DNA of 64,000 bases from assembly GCF_009914755.1 (NCBI RefSeq), contig NC_060940.1. One strand, given 5' to 3'. Both the position numbers and the translations under genes were made by a program. Of this stretch, positions 1 through 16,650 are shown one piece after another. The first letter of the stretch is position 1. Each line of letters opens with the position of its first letter. The notes under the pieces are model-generated. The model was given only the letters and a program-made list of their open reading frames with translations, was not told the origin of the DNA and searched no databases. The DNA is from the human T2T-CHM13v2.0 reference genome, Homo sapiens.

Positions 1-1853
1 ATCTAGAAAGGGCAGAGAGGAGGAATAGAGTGCTCTGCGTCTTGAAATATAAACATGCACATAGCCACATGCTTTGATTCTGTTGTCACTGTGTACTTAC
101 TGCTAGGAAGAGGGCATGTTTGTGTATTTTTATGCAAATTATTATCCAAGTTGTTAATGATTTACGCTTTCAGAACCATATAAAGATATTTTTCCTTTCA
201 GATATAAACTATCTTGCATTGTTCTTCTGATCATATGAGGGATAAATTTGCCTAAATATTCTTCAGACCATAATAGTATGTCCTTATAAATGCCAGTAGC
301 AAGAGTAGAATCAACCACAACTGCCTTAGTAATTATTTAAAGCATGTCTGCCTATAAGTAATTGGCATTTTATATAATCAAGAATATTTGATATAATAAT
401 CTCTCAACTATTTGAAACACGGCTCACATGTATTAATTTTTTAAGCAAATATATATATAATATCAGTGTACATGAAACTAAATTTTGGACTTTAGCACAG
501 CTTCTTAGAATCCTGACTTAAATGTCTACAGTAATAGTTGGCTTAAAAAAATTTAGCACACTGTCACTATGATGAAAAAAATTACTATAAAATATTTAAA
601 AAATTGTTCCACCCTAACATTTAGAATATTTTCACATTTGTGGTTAAAACCTATAGTGATTGTTCTTAGAATTTAGATAAAAAATGTTCCAGAAAGATTG
701 AAGAGAAGCACTTTAGTCAATTTTTAGTTGTTGAAGCATGAAGAAATGGCATTTCATTGACATTTTAAAAATTATTCAGATTCCCTCTTTGAATTCAAGA
801 GTTTCAAAGATATCTTATTTTAAAATACCAAAATAGGAATAGGATATGAAGGGCTGGTTATGAGTAATATGATACAATTTTATGAGATGACGAGATTACA
901 ATAACAATACCTCCTCTCATAGAATAGCCAGCAAGTCTCCACTAAATAACAGTGCCTTGATTTTATAGATGTTTAATCATGGATATTGAGTTAATGTGAA
1001 CCATTTGTAGACACAGGAGTTTATTAAAGACTTATATAATATCTTTCAAGTATTTAGAATAGTGTTGAAATTAAGCCTGCATCCCCACGATTTTCAGCGG
1101 TGCTGATGCCTAATAAACTCAGCCCCTTGCATGCCAAAATTGGCTTAAAGCCCATCTGTTACCCAAGCTACACTTCAAGCATCAAGGTTCAAAAATGTGA
1201 TTTTGAATATGCAAGAGTTTGAGGAATTCACTACTCACACTTTCTTGAACAGTCTATCCAAGTGCATCAAGCAAAATGTGAGTAAAGAAATTTTGACCAA
1301 AGGATTGATAGTAATGTTGAATACATTTAATAGTAGATAAGATTAAAAGGTGAAAGTGAGGGTGAGAAGAGTGTATGAATGCTTTGTGTTCTGACAAAGA
1401 GAATGTAACACCCAGGTCCTACCTGCTTGGATGCATTGCCAGTGCCCACCGTAGGCCATTTTATCCAGGTTTTTAGGTTTTGTCTTGTTTTGTTTGGTTT
1501 TTTCCTTTTAAGGAGTGTTAGTCCAAGACCAATAACTCCGTAACTGGTAGATTTGGAAGACTTTAATAGTGCTTAACATTTTGTACATAGCTTTATAACA
1601 GTTTTCTTTTTCTTTTTTTTCTGAGAGATTCTTTTCAATATACCCCATCATGGTTGAAATAAAAAATCATTGCTTATTTAAAATCTACAACTGCTGATGT
1701 TTTGTAACGTTCGCATTCCAGGTAATTGTTTTTTTGTGCATTTTCTGTATTTTTCTCCATCAGTCTACCTAGACATTTGTTAGATTTAATACTTTAATAT
1801 TTTTCTGAAAAAGTGAGCTTTTGCATTTTTAAATATATACCCAGTTGCTTTAA

Positions 1854-2195
<342 letters not shown>

Positions 2196-2811
2196 TATCT
2201 CCTTCATTCTTTATGTTTATTTTACTGGTTTTATCTCTCTCTCTCTCACTGTTTCTCTCCTTCTCACATTCACTTTGCAGTTGTCAAATAGCCCAGGTGA
2301 TGTTACAGATTTACTCCTTATAAAAGGAGGCATTACACATTACACATGCATCTTAGTGGCCTTACAAAAGTGTTTGGTTTATTTGTATTGACTATTCACC
2401 TTTAAAATATTTCAATATTCATTAAAATAGCTTCCAACCAATATTATTACACTTATGTTTCTAACTTTCATTTTTGTATTGATATCTGCCTTCATTGCTG
2501 TTTGTTTAGGAAATATATTCTGTGTCATGTTATTTCCGTGAAAATTGTTTGAATTTGTGGTATTCGTATGGTCTAGAAAATGTTAATTTTTGTAAGTATT
2601 CTGTATGAATATGAAAATAACATGAATTATAATATTGATGTTCCTTATATAATATTTGCCCTTTTTAAAATCCACTAGCTTCTTTTAAAACTTACTCTTT
2701 TAATTTTTTCTTTTATCTATTACTGAAAGACGTGTGTTTGAAATGTCTATAATATTTGGGGGCTTATCCGTTTCTACTTACTTTCTGATATTTTTGCTTT
2801 ATATAATTTGA

Positions 2812-2890
2812 CTCTCTCTCTACATACGTGTGTGTCTGTGTGTGTGAGAGAGAGTGTGTGGTTTGTGTGTCTATATATATGTATGTATCA
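2812..2890. repeat. Compound (TC)/(TG)/(GA)/(TA) microsatellite
   Basis: direct inspection. Confidence 0.8.
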
Positions 2891-3397
2891 GGCTAATGCA
2901 CATTTAAGTCATCACATCTTCTTAATAACTTAAAACTTTTATCACACTGGTTAGACTAACTTCTTTTAATAAATGTTTCTAACTTACATTCTATTTTGTC
3001 TACATAGCAACTTTTTAAAAAATTATATTCATGTAGTATGTTTGTATGTATATCATATATACACAGTATCTGTATTGTTTGAACTTCAAAGTTTCTGTAA
3101 ATTTATATATTAGTTGTGTCTCTTGTAACTATGATAGAGACGGATGTTTTAAATTTTGCCAATCTTTGTATTTTAACAAAAACATTGTCTACTTAGGTTT
3201 AAGTTAATCTTTGATCATTTATACTTAATTTTGTATTATTAATTTGTTGTGTGTATATATATATATATATAATGTCTCATTTTCTCCTATCACTTTCTGT
3301 CTTCTTGTTTTAAAATTATGACTTTTATTTTTATTGTTTTCATAGACACAACAGAGAAATGCATAATGTCCAGTCAATTTATTAAAGTTCCAAAGTC

Positions 3398-3718
<321 letters not shown>

Positions 3719-6700
3719 GCAAAGTCATACCTTTCTGCTCTTGTCAGACAATTAAGGGGTCTTTGAATACTTCAGCCCTAATAATTTCCTTCCTAACATA
3801 TATATTGCAGTGTTTATCTAATTTTAAATATCCTTTTGTTTCAACACCTAATTTTCTATTTTGATCTATCTGTATATTTACAATATATTTTCCTCTGTGT
3901 TCATTCTTTGATTTCAGAACTTCAATCTTTCTGAAGCATGTTTTCAGAGTTTCCTTTGAGTTTCTTTAGTGGAATTCTGCTGGTGGTGTTTTGTTTTTTG
4001 TCTCTAAATATGTTATTTAGCCATAGGTTGATGAATATTTTTCTTGGTTGAGAATTTCCGAATGGCATTATTATTCTTAACAAATAATATTGTTTATTTT
4101 ACCTTTCATGCTTTCAGATTTCAATATGATTAAAGGTAATTTGATTTTTCTAGTGCTAATTGAAATATTTTTCCCTTCCTGATTGTTTACTATTTCTCTA
4201 GGAGATATGTAGATGTAGGTTTATCTCCATTGTAGCTTGCTTAGCATGCATAGAAGTTTTGAATATGTGGATTAGTGTCTTACAAAAGTCTAGAGAACTT
4301 TCAGCCAAAATACCATCACATATTGTCCCTTCCCAGTTCCCTTCTTCTATGAGAACACTCACTAAACACATGCTACACTTTCTCACTGTATGTTCCATGT
4401 CTCTTCATGATTCTGTCCACATTGTGCCTTTATTTAAATTTTCTGTAATGCATTCTGAAATATTTATGAACTCTCACCATGGCCATGTCTAATCTGATGA
4501 GTTCATTTTTGAGTTTTTAATTTAAAATGCTATATACAAACTACTTTTCAAATTTACTACATCAATTTTTTAGTCTCCTAAATATATATTCATTTTTTTA
4601 AAATTTTTGAAAGCAAATGTGCTTTATAATCTAACAGTGATATTTCTACTAATGAACCTTTGTGGATCTGTTTGTACTCTTTTTCTGCTTTCCTTTCAAA
4701 TGGTGGAATATCATTTCCTTGCGTACTTAGATGTCTTTGAATGACAAAGATTTATTTTTCTCTGAAAATTATTATTGTGCACTTTTGCATATTAGTAAGA
4801 ACAAAATTTGCCAAAGAGAATTTGAATTTTTTGTGAGTCTACTAAAGGCACCACCATTCTGGGACCACATTATATTAATTCTTGGCCTAAAGGTGTTTGG
4901 ACGTATGTTTGGACAGCACATTTAAACAATTTTTAAATTAATTGCTGTAAATCATTAATGATTTTCTTTAAATCTGTCCAATCTCAAGTCATTTTTATTT
5001 GCCATTTCCAGGGAATGTGAAATGAGACTAATTTACCTCTGATTCTTCTTTAGACTGAGGATATAAATTTTGGTGCTAGCTTTAGGGAAGAGCTCCTGTG
5101 TGATGCCCTATCTTGGGAAACACTATGTATTTCTTTACTGTCCTATGTGATGTATGACAGTAGGAATCTGTACACATTCATTTTGCTACATGTCCGTAGG
5201 GCAAAATCAGTTTCAGTGTTTAGGTGTATTTTGTCTGCTCCCTGCATTCCCATAGTTTTGACCTTATATTTTACTCTTTTTTTTTTGTGAACATACCAAT
5301 GCTTCAATTTTTTTCCAGTAATATAATCAACTATACTATAAGAGAAAAATTTTGATAAAACACAAATTTCATGTTTTCCTACTCTAATTGGTTTTTACGT
5401 AAAAATACAGGTAAAATTTATTTGTGCTTTTTTGCTATTATTTTTTGCTATTCTCTGTTTGTCTATGTCTTCACCACATAGACACAATTAGGGAATTTTG
5501 TACACTCTTGTGCCAACTGCTTTGATAGGAACAAAATGTATTTCTCGAACTCCTAGGTATAAAACTTAAGTATCCACGATTTAAATTCTTTTTTGCTCAC
5601 TTCTATTATGTTTCCAGTCTCAATAGAAATCGATGCCAATCCAGAAATACAAGCATTATTCTAATACTTCTCACACATTACTGATATAGATTAAATTTTC
5701 TAGATCTCCTTAAATACTATCATTTTTCACTACTTGAATCTTAACTGTTAAGTTCAACATTTTCTGTAATATTAATATATTGTGAAAATTTCCTTACTTT
5801 CTTATTTGTCCCAGGTTCAATGTTTTGCAGTCTCTACCTCACCCTGTGAAGCATAAACATTGTACATGCTGTACAAATAATACATCGTTCATGTACTTAG
5901 TGATTGCACAATTTTTATTTGGTTGACAATAGCTAATGTTTTCTTCTTCATTTTCTATTTCCTGATTTTTCTTTATTTAGTATATACTACATTGTCATAA
6001 AAATAAGAACGTTTTACAAACTAAAGCAAAAGCAACCCTAGGAATAAAATGCACAAATAAAATATATAAACATACGTTTAGATGTACCACGTACCCTTGT
6101 AATTTATTTAGACTTTTAATTTTAGTACAATTTTAATTAAAGTCTGTGTTTTATCTGTCATCGTCTTAGTATTTTTTATATAACAAATTGTGTAAATCAA
6201 AAAGTCTCAATGTCATTATAAACTATCTTGGCAGAGGTTGATCTCCAAGGAATAATTTCTATCCTAAATTATACCAATCCAAATTTCACTCTACCGTAAT
6301 TCTTTTAATCAGTTTCAGAGGAATAATAAATTTCAAAATTGTTCAAGGTACTTCTTTTAGTTCAAGTACCTTTTGACAGGTGTAAAACTGTAGACAGACT
6401 GATACATACATATTCTAATTGACTCAAAATTATATGGGACCTATTTTAAAATCTAGATTTTAAAATGTGTCAACATACACATGTTCTCCTTGTGAAATAA
6501 TTGCTTTTTATTCTCTGGATAGAATAATTTAATCTTTAAACCTTCCATTCACTCTTAGAAACAAAATACTACATAAGGATATGCTTATAAAAATAATTCC
6601 CAACTAGCTTTTCAGTTCAGAAATATATGTGAAGAATCATCAAACATCTAATGGATTTCAAGGAGAAATGGGTTAGTAATTTATTCCATATGTCTCAAAT

Positions 6701-9194
6701 TTTCCTAGACTCAAGGCTTCCTTTTAAATAATTGTAGGCGTTTAAGAAACCATGTAAACTAAAAAGAAGAAATTGTGACGCTGCCGCTTAGGCTTTTTAA
6801 GTCTTTGGACATGATTCAATATATTTTTTAAATTGTATCTTAATTAGACATTGTGAGTTCACCATCTTCCTGTCAATATAGCATCCAAGCTGATTATCAT
6901 AGATTACAAGTTCAACTATCAACTGTGTTCTGAGAGTCTAAAAAAATAAATGAACATATTTGTTTGGGTATTCTTAAAGCAGGAGTGAGGACACAGTGAA
7001 AGTGAGACAAGGAAAAGAGAACAAAATAAAACAGGAAAGATAGAAAAGCCAATACCACACGTGTTAAGAGGTAAGTTCCTGTGTTAGATATCTGGGTTTA
7101 ATTTTATGGGAAGCTATGTGGGGCATGCCTCAGAATTACATCACTGAATCCAGGGAGATTCTTCTTAGTTACCCTCACCTTTTCTTTCCACTTCATGCCC
7201 AGTAACAAGTTCCCGTGCTGCTAGAGAAAGTCCTCAGCTAGAAACTGGTGCAAATTCTGGAGATGAGACCTTGTAGAGTGTTAAGAATGGTTTTCTTCCC
7301 AGCAGCTACAGGTAAGGAATAGGGGCTGGGCTATTAATACATCTGCTACAAACGAATAAAGCCCTTATGCTCCTTTTGGTGATCGACAATGTATTTAAAA
7401 ATATTAGATGATCAAGAAGGGCTGCAGAAAGGAGGAAACAGAAACAAACAGCACACCTCTTGGTTTATTTGTATTCATTTCATCAGTTTCAAGGAAAATA
7501 TGTTGGGAGTTCCTGGCATAGAGATGTCACAAAGACATGTTTTCAATAGTAGTGCTATCCCTAGGGCAGAGATGACCCAGAGAAAGCCCAAGTGGCTGCT
7601 GGAACAAAGTCAGACATCGTGCCACCTGTCCACACTCCTTGGCTCTGCCATCATGCTGAAGATCGCTTTAAAGGACTGGCTTCCCTCCCCCCAAAATGAA
7701 AAGAGCACAAACTGAGAAACTGAATGTGGGAGACAGCAGTGGATTATGCTGTTCTCAGGGCTCACCTCAGGTTTGGAAGCATTCTTTCAAATTAACCCAT
7801 CTCAGGCCATCTGCAGAGAGGAAAGGTGGTACCTAACTTTTTTTCTTGTCAGCATTTGGTAGGGGTGTTTTATTGACCAAATATGTTCCCACAACCTAGT
7901 TTTTTGTGAGTAACTAAATATAGTAGAGTTTTAAATTTTATCATCAAAATCTATAGACAATTTTTGATGAAAATAGACTCCATCTCTATGTCCTGCTTTT
8001 CTTCTTCTTATTAATTACATTGCTGTATAAAAGAACAAGACTTCAGAATCAAGAATATCTTGTCTCTTGGCATTGAATTTATACAAGGTGCTCTTTCTTT
8101 AATGCTGTCTCAAAGGACATATTTTTACTCATTAAAAAGGAAGATCGGAATCTAGTTGTATGCGCTGCTCCAACATATTAATAATTAAAATTAGGAGGTA
8201 AATGTGGTCAAAACTATAGAAAGACTGAGATGTCATTTATATTGATTACTGTATAGCATTCTACAAACAGAAATTGTTAAATAAGTTTATATAAATATTT
8301 TGTAGCATTTCAAATATTTGAGTGCTTGACGTTTCTCCTCTTCTATGGTTCAGATTATCAATTTGAAGACTTACTCCGCTAGTTAATATGTTTTTAGTCT
8401 CGTTCGAGTATTATATAAAAGCAATTTTCAGTTAAATGTGTTCTGCTTACATAAAACATTACAAATTATTGAGGATTTAATTACTTATTCATGTTCCTGT
8501 AATGTCTTTAGAAGATTTTCTTATTATTACCTATCAATATATGTATGCTTTGTCAAAGAAAAATCAAACATATATATCATTGAAATTGAAACTTTTTAAA
8601 AGTACTTAATTCTATTGAAAAACCACATCCATAGGAACAATTACAATATAATATTGTGAACATGTAAACACATACCCTACGTCTATTTTATGTATAAGCA
8701 TGTATGATTAAAAATATAGTGAAGAATTTTTAAACCTAGTATTATAAAGTAAAAATTAGTTAACTTCTGATGATTATTTGTTAATTAAGATAAAATTATT
8801 TTGATTTGGGTGATTTTAAATAAAGAAAAATATTAAATTACATGACAAAAATTCTTTATAAAATGTTTATGATTTTTACATTGGTTTTATCACTTTTTCC
8901 ACTATTTTATTTTAAGATGACCTGCCTTGTTTAAAACACTGTATTCATCTTAATTAAATTAGATTCCATTTGTAAAATAATTAACAAATGATTTGCTCTA
9001 TTTTACAGTGCGGTTATAAACTGAGTCAGTATCTCAAGATTTGATCCCCATTATCATCATCTGTGGCCCTATTTGTTTTATAAATGTATTGTCTTTTTCC
9101 ATGCCTTTCACATCTCTATTGCTTTTTCATTTTTCTCTTTGTCCCTTATAGGGAGCATTGCCTATCTCTAGATTAAGCAAAAGTTGCATCATAA

Positions 9195-9642
9195 AAAAGC
9201 ACAATAACCTGCTCAATCTTTCTCACACAGAGAAATGTTTGTTAAGTAATTAAAGTGTAGATGATGATACAAAGACCTTGATTAAATTAGATAACAAAGT
9301 ACCCTTGTGATTCAGAATATGAATGGTATTTAATTTCTTTGAAATCATTAATTGCTGAGTGACATTAATTAATGCCAATTTTCCAGAAGATGTTCTAGTT
9401 AATGAAATGTATACAACGAAAAGCACAATAACCTGCTCAATCTTTCTCACACAGAGAAATGTTTGTTAAGTAATTAAACTGTAGATGATGATACAAAGAG
9501 CTTGATTAAATAAGATGCCAAAGTACCCTTGTGATTCAGAATATGAATGGTATTTAATTTCTTTGAAATCATTAATTGCTGAGTGACATTAATTAATGCC
9601 AATATTCCAGAAGATGTTCTAGTGAGTGAAATGTATACAACG
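9195..9642. repeat. Direct tandem duplication, 2 x 224 bp
   Basis: units 9195-9418 and 9419-9642, about 8 mismatches; near-identical ORFs 9250-9450 and 9474-9674. Confidence 0.95.
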
Positions 9643-10319
9643 TGCAAAAGATTCAGAACTCTGAAGGGTAACATTATTCTATAATTAAGAATTAAGAATT
9701 AATTCACATCATTTATTGGGGAGAAATAATTTTTAAGAATTAATGACTGAGAAAATGTTTTTATTTTTTACTTAGAAAATTATTTTGTGCATGAGCATTA
9801 CCGCAAGTTTTGCAAGAAACATAAATTTAAAGAAACAATTATGTGCACAAGATGAATTTAATAACATCTTGATATATTCCATGATTGCGGTTTTATTTGG
9901 TAAATCTTTAAATGCACACCATTTAACGATAATAAATGAATCTTGGAAACCTTGTAGGTAAGGGTAAATATTAGGATGCATCCAGTTACATTTACACACA
10001 CATACATGCATACAGACTGATTCACGTGTGTATATATATATATGAATTTACCAATTGATGTTAACTAATATTTATAAGAGCCAGTTGGATTGATATATAT
10101 TGTTGAACCTGAAAAATATTTATTATATACATGTTTAAAATACACACAGAAATAAATAGCAATTGCACTAGGTATTTGAAACTGTACTAAAATATAAGCT
10201 GTGAACATTTTGTGATCATTACAAATTCTTACACTGAATAAATATTTTTATTTTTACAATATTAATATGTTTGATACCTGTGTACATTTTTTACAATGTG
10301 TTATTTTATTTTTGTCATA

Positions 10320-10661
10320 GAGTCATGTCATGCATAATAACATTTTAGTCAAAGATGGATTACATATACAAAAGTGGTCCCATGAGATTATAATATATAT
10401 TTTTACATACTTTTCTACATTTAAGTATGTTTAGATACATAACCTCTTACCACTGTGCTCTTATTGCCTGCAGTATTCAGTAGAGTAATGTAGTACACAG
10501 ATTTGTAGCCTAGGAGAAAGAGGCTATACCATATAACCTAAACGTGGTAGGCTGTACAATCTAGGTGTTTGTAATATTCTCTGTGATGTTTGCAAAATGA
10601 TGAAATTGCCTATGAATACATCTGTTAAAACGTATCCCTATCATTCAGTGATGTGTGACTG
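10320..10661. mobile_element. Tigger-family non-autonomous DNA transposon (MER47-like)
   Basis: (C)AGTCATG...TGTGACTG terminal inverted repeats flanked by TA. Confidence 0.7.
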
Positions 10662-11149
10662 TACTAAAATGCTCAATGTAAGTTTCAATGCCCTCCATAA
10701 AATTGTTGTACTGTGAAATGCAAATCTCTCACCCATGGCCTGAATATGTTTGCAAACTAAGCAGATCATGGGAAGGAGAATGTGCTGGCATCGCTGGGAT
10801 GATTTTCTCACACTACATGAATAATATCTACAGACTTCGTGAATATGAGCCACTTGCATAGAGTTAAAGTAGACATCTCTTTGCTGGGAAATTTATCAAA
10901 TGGGAGTATGAAGTGTTTTTACAAGATACTTGTTTGTTTGTAGCTGGTAGGCCTACAGTGGCTCATGGCAATGGTTGAGGTTGCTAAGATTTGGTGGAAG
11001 AAGGCAAAATGAGATGGCCACTTATATGGTATATGGATCACTTGTTTCTGTTGAGTTACAAACTCAGCTGGCTATTTCTCCAATGTTAGTTATTTGGAGA
11101 AAAAAAAACGTGATGGTAATTTTGGGGTAACAAATACAATATTTGATGA

Positions 11150-11560
11150 AAGCAAATTTATTGAGGGTTAGACAAACTACAAGATACTTTAGGCTGCAAA
11201 GTCAACACGAGACTTCTGGCCCAAATTGTGAAGAGTTTGCGTCCAGCTGCACAGTTCAAAGGAAGAGGCCATGTAAGAAGATTCTCACTTCTGACACCAA
11301 CTGCCAGTTCAGGGGTTTCCCCTGAACACCCTCAGTTTCAAGAGTTTACTAGAAAGACTCACAGAACTCATTGAATGCCACTGTACTCATGGTTTATAAT
11401 AGAGAAAGGGTAGAAATTAGGACCAATAGAAGAGACATATCATATAAGGTGGAATCTAGGAGATTTTGAATGTTAAGTTTCCATTGTCTTCAGGACATAT
11501 TACCTGTCACTGTTGTACAACAACAAACATGGAGTACTACCAACCTGGGGAGCTCACCTG
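11150..11560 (-). mobile_element. Old LTR fragment (MER21-group-like)
   Basis: cacttctgacaccaactg...ctagaaagactcacagaactca motif recalled from this group. Confidence 0.5.
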
Positions 11561-11629
11561 ATGCTAACAAGACACTATTTACAAAATGAAAAGACAAATG
11601 AAAGGATGAGATAAGATGACGTTCCACAT

Positions 11630-14145
11630 TAAGGCACTGGAACGATTAGCAAACTAAACCTAAAGCAAGCAGAAGGAAGAAAATTAAAATTAGAGAAATT
11701 AATAATTTATAACAATAATATTTGTTAGTGTTGAATAATTGATATTACTTCTTGACTAGCTTTTTTAAAAAAGAGAAATATTCACTTCCCAATTTATTCT
11801 GTGGGGCCAGTGTTACCTTGATACAAAAATTAGTCCAAATAGCATAGAAAAATAAAACTACTATAAGTATAAATGCAAACTTCCTTAAAAAATACTAACA
11901 AATCAGATCTAGCAACATATAAAAGAATTATACACTATGACAAAGTGAAATTTATACAAGTAATCCCAGGTTGGTTTAACAGCCCAAAATCCATTAAGGT
12001 AATACATCTTATCCATAGAATAAGAAACGAGAATTGCATGATCACGTCGATAGATTCGGAAAAGACATTTAACAGAATCCAAATGCTTTAATGACTAAAA
12101 ATAAAAATAAAAACTCAATGAACCAGGAATAGAGAACTTTCTACACCTGATACATGGCACCTGTGAAAAGCCAACAGCAAGCATGCAACTTAATGCTAAA
12201 AGATGCTTTCCCGCTATGGTCAGAGATATATACTTTGATAGGATATATACTTTGACCTCTTCTAGTCAACACTGTACTAAAGATTTTATGCAGGGCAAAT
12301 CGGCAACTAAAAAAATAAGAGTCACCCATACTGAACAGGAAGAAATAAAACTTTATTTGAAAATAACATTCTTGTATATAGAAAATTTTAAGGAATCCAC
12401 CGAACGATAGAACTCGTAAATTATTTCAGCAATATTACAGCAAACAAGGTAAATGTACAAAAATCAATTGCACACATCTGCAATGAAAACCCCAAAATGA
12501 ATTTAAGAAAACACTTCAATTTAAAATAGCATCAAAAAAAGAAATAATAATTAATTTGGAAAATGTGATACAAGATTTTACTCTGAAAATTAAAAATTAT
12601 TGTTTAAAGAATATTTAAATAATTAGCAAACACCTTACACCCATGAATTGGACTATTTAATATTGTAGTACTTTACAATTTGAACTACAGATTTGATGAA
12701 ATCCCTGCAAGTATCCCAACAGACTTCTGTCTAGAAACTGACAAGCTGATTCTAAAATACACATGGAATTGTAAGGGACTCAAAATAGCCAAAATAATCT
12801 TGAGAAAAGAAAACATGTTAGGATAATTCACACCCCCATGCTCCAAACCTTACTGCAAAGTATCGGTAATCAAGACAACACAATACTGATGAAGGAAAAA
12901 TATATAGATTGATGGAAGAGAATTGAGAGTCCATATATAAAACTATGTGTCTACAGTCAATGGATTCTTACAGTGTTACCATGTGCAATTCAATGAGGAA
13001 GAGACAGTCTTTGAACAAACTGGGTCAACAACGTACACATGGATCACCACTTGCAAAATAATAAATTCGAACCCTTACCCCAAAGCATACAAAAATATTA
13101 ACTCAAATGAATTAAAGACACACATGCAAGAGGTAGAATAAAGCATATGGGAAAGTCTTCAGGATTTTGGATCTAGCAAAGAAATAGCTGTAACCCCAAA
13201 AACATGAGCAACAAAATAAAAATTAGATATTTAAAATTTCTTAAAAATTAAAGACATTGGTGTTTCAAAGGACAAACAAGCAAGTCAAAAGGCAGCTCAA
13301 AAATTGTGAGAAGATATTTGAAAAACACGTATCTATATGTCTGTATATATATATGTATCTTGAATATAGAAAAATTGTTTTAACTCCGTCACAAATATCC
13401 CAACTCAAAACTGATAAATGATAGGAATAGATGTGTTTCCCAAGAAGATACATGAACGGTCAATAATCCCATAAAAATATACTCAATAACATCACTCATC
13501 AGGCAACTACAAATCAAAACCACAGTTAGATACTCTATGGGTAGAACTGGCCACCTTGGAAAATAATTTGATGGCTTCTAAATATATGAAACATAGAATT
13601 GTCATATGACCCAGAAATTTATTCCTAGGTATACACCCAGATTATTGGAAAGAGGTGTTCAAACACAAATTGTACACAAGTATTTTTAGCAGCAGTATTT
13701 AAAATAGCCGAAGGCTGAACACAACTCAAATGTCAATAAAAATATTATTGGATAAACAAAATGTTATATCCAAGAAATTGAATGTTATACAGTTATAAAA
13801 GGAAATAAAGTACCAATACGTACATGAACCTTGATAGCATTATGCCAACTGAAAGAAGCCAGGCAGAAAAGGCCACCTATTGTATGATTCTATTTAGATG
13901 AAAACAGACTAGGAAAATCTATAGAGACAGAAAACAGATTTGTGGTTGCTTAGGATTGAGTAGGGGATGGGTGCATAGGAGGTTAACAGCTAGGGAAGGT
14001 GGGGTTTCTTTTTGAAGTGATGAAAATGCTCTAAAATTCATTGTGATGATGGCTCCACTTATCTGTGCATATACTAAAAGCCACTGACTTGTAGACATTA
14101 ATGTGTGCACTCTACACTATGTAAATTATATCTCAATAAATCCTT
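11630..14145 (+). mobile_element. Ancient L1M (L1MB-like) ORF2 and 3' end
   Basis: degenerate ORF2 peptides (11873-12091), 3'UTR ending tatatctcaataaa. Confidence 0.8.
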
Positions 14146-14477
14146 TCAAAAATACACAGAAGAGTAAGGGGTTTTGGAATGCTGCAGCTGGGAGGCAGTT
14201 TGAAATACTGAATAGGCCTCATCGAGAATGTGAAGTTTCAGTAAAGACTTGAGGAAGTTGAATGAGCTGATCAATGGATATATGGAGGGCTATCTTTCCA
14301 AGCCAAGAAATTAACTAGAGTCTTGACCATAAGGCAGCAGCATGTTGGCATGTCCAGAGGACAGTGAGGTGGCCAGGACCACTGGTAAGATCAAGGGTGA
14401 AGATATAAAAGAATTTTGGCAGTTAACATGTGGCAGATGATGATGGGCTTGCAGATCATTGTAAGAAATGTTGTTTT

Positions 14478-14832
<355 letters not shown>

Positions 14833-16414
14833 TTATCAATATTTTAATAAATTGGATCCATGAACCAAATCCAATGAGATTAAATCAATTAATAATAATA
14901 TGCAAATTTGTATTAAAATTAAAAGAATTACTTGCACATTTGAGAACAGGAGAGACATGATTTTTATCAGCAATAATAAACATTATTAATTTTAATTGTG
15001 ATCAGCTAATTGAGATTAATTGCAATACATCATGCTTTATAATGTGACTGCCAAAAGGAAAATATGATTGTAATCTTATACTACATCTATCAATGTCTTT
15101 TATACATAAGAGTATAGAGTAAGCCCGTAGTTTTCAAAGCCAACCTATGAAGCAGTGACATCTTATGCAAGTTTGCTGCTTTCTGCCACAGTGATCCTTG
15201 GTCAGCGGGCACAAATTGTTTTACAAACGCCCCCTAGGTCTAAAAGTAGTTTGGATCACAATGAACACAGAAACACCTTCATCCCTTCAGAAATACCTAT
15301 CAATTACTTCCAATACAGAATGAAAAATTGACAAAGGAAATATGTGGATTGTAAAAATGCCAGTTAGCTTGCAACTACATGAAAGAAAAATGCCATTTTT
15401 ATTACATTAGGTCATTGTTTCACATGAGTTTTGGTATAGCAAAATGTTGAACCAAGGGAAAAGAGACATGAATTAATGAAGTCTTAAGATATCAAGAATT
15501 TGAAAGAAAAGGCAGGTCATCTTTGAAGGTTAGTGACATAGCATTCATCTTCTGTTGTCACCTTTCCTGTCATTCCCTGTATGCCTGATGGACAGGTTTC
15601 ACTCAAGTTCAGAGAACAGCATGCAAAATTAGCTACCAATTAATCTTTAGGAAGTGAGCTGCATTTCTAGCCAGACTGAGCTTACGTTTTAGCAGGAAGC
15701 ATTTTTGGGAAATGTTTATGTTAGAGTTGGCCCTTCTTGACAAGGTGAGACATAAATGTCTACTTTATAGACATGAATTAAGATGGGAAGATATTTGGGG
15801 GAATCATTTACTCAAACGCTAAATAATAAAGGTACACAAAGGGCAAATTATACTAGATTTCTTTCCCACTTGTTTTCTATGTCTCATGCAATTCACCTTG
15901 ATTCCCTTCAGTTTCTGTTTAATGTAGAAAGTGGCATTTTCATTATTTTAAGCTTCTAGCACAATGAAAGAATTTCTCTTTTTCATGAACAGGATCATAC
16001 ATGAAAAGGAGGAAGAGTGTCCTATATCATATTTATTGTTCAACAAAACACTGCTCCACGGCTTAAATTCAGTTTAAGAAAGAGAATTTGTTGAACATCT
16101 AACACATACATAAAAGGCAGTAAAGACACATGAGAAGAGGGCAGGATATTGAAGTATACAGACTTCAATGCTGAGTTTTATATCTTAGGGAGTTACTCCA
16201 CCTTACAGAGGCTCAATTTCCCCTGATTTAGGAAGGCGATGCTAATGGGTATTGCATAGGTGTAAGTATAAAAATGTTGTATTGAAGAGAATCCCACAAG
16301 CTTGGTATAAGGCAGAAAATAAATTGATGTGACATGAATAAGTAGTTTATTACATTTGTATGCTACCTGCGGACTAGAGGAAGCAAGAAACACAGCCACT
16401 ATGCTTGATTAGCA

Positions 16415-16650
16415 TTATAGGGATGGTACAATGATTGTTGCCAGAAGCTGGGGGGAGGAAGAAATGGGGAAGTATTGTTTAATGGGTATAGAGTTTCAGT
16501 TTTACAAGATGAAACGAATTATGGAGATGGATGGTAGGGATGGCTGCACAATGTTATGACTATATTTAGTACCACTGAACTGTACACTTAAAATGGTTAA
16601 CCGAGTACATTTTATGTTATGTGTATTTTACCACAATAAAAAAATAAAAT
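16415..16650 (+). mobile_element. L1MB-like 3' end fragment
   Basis: tttaatgggtatagagtttcagttt...accactgaactgtacacttaaaatggttaa...cacaataaaaaa. Confidence 0.75.

Noticed and set aside
7285-7320. Plus-strand ttttcttccccag CAGCTACAG gtaagg micro-exon-like motif
   Set aside because: Isolated, with no partner exons or ORF context that I could identify.
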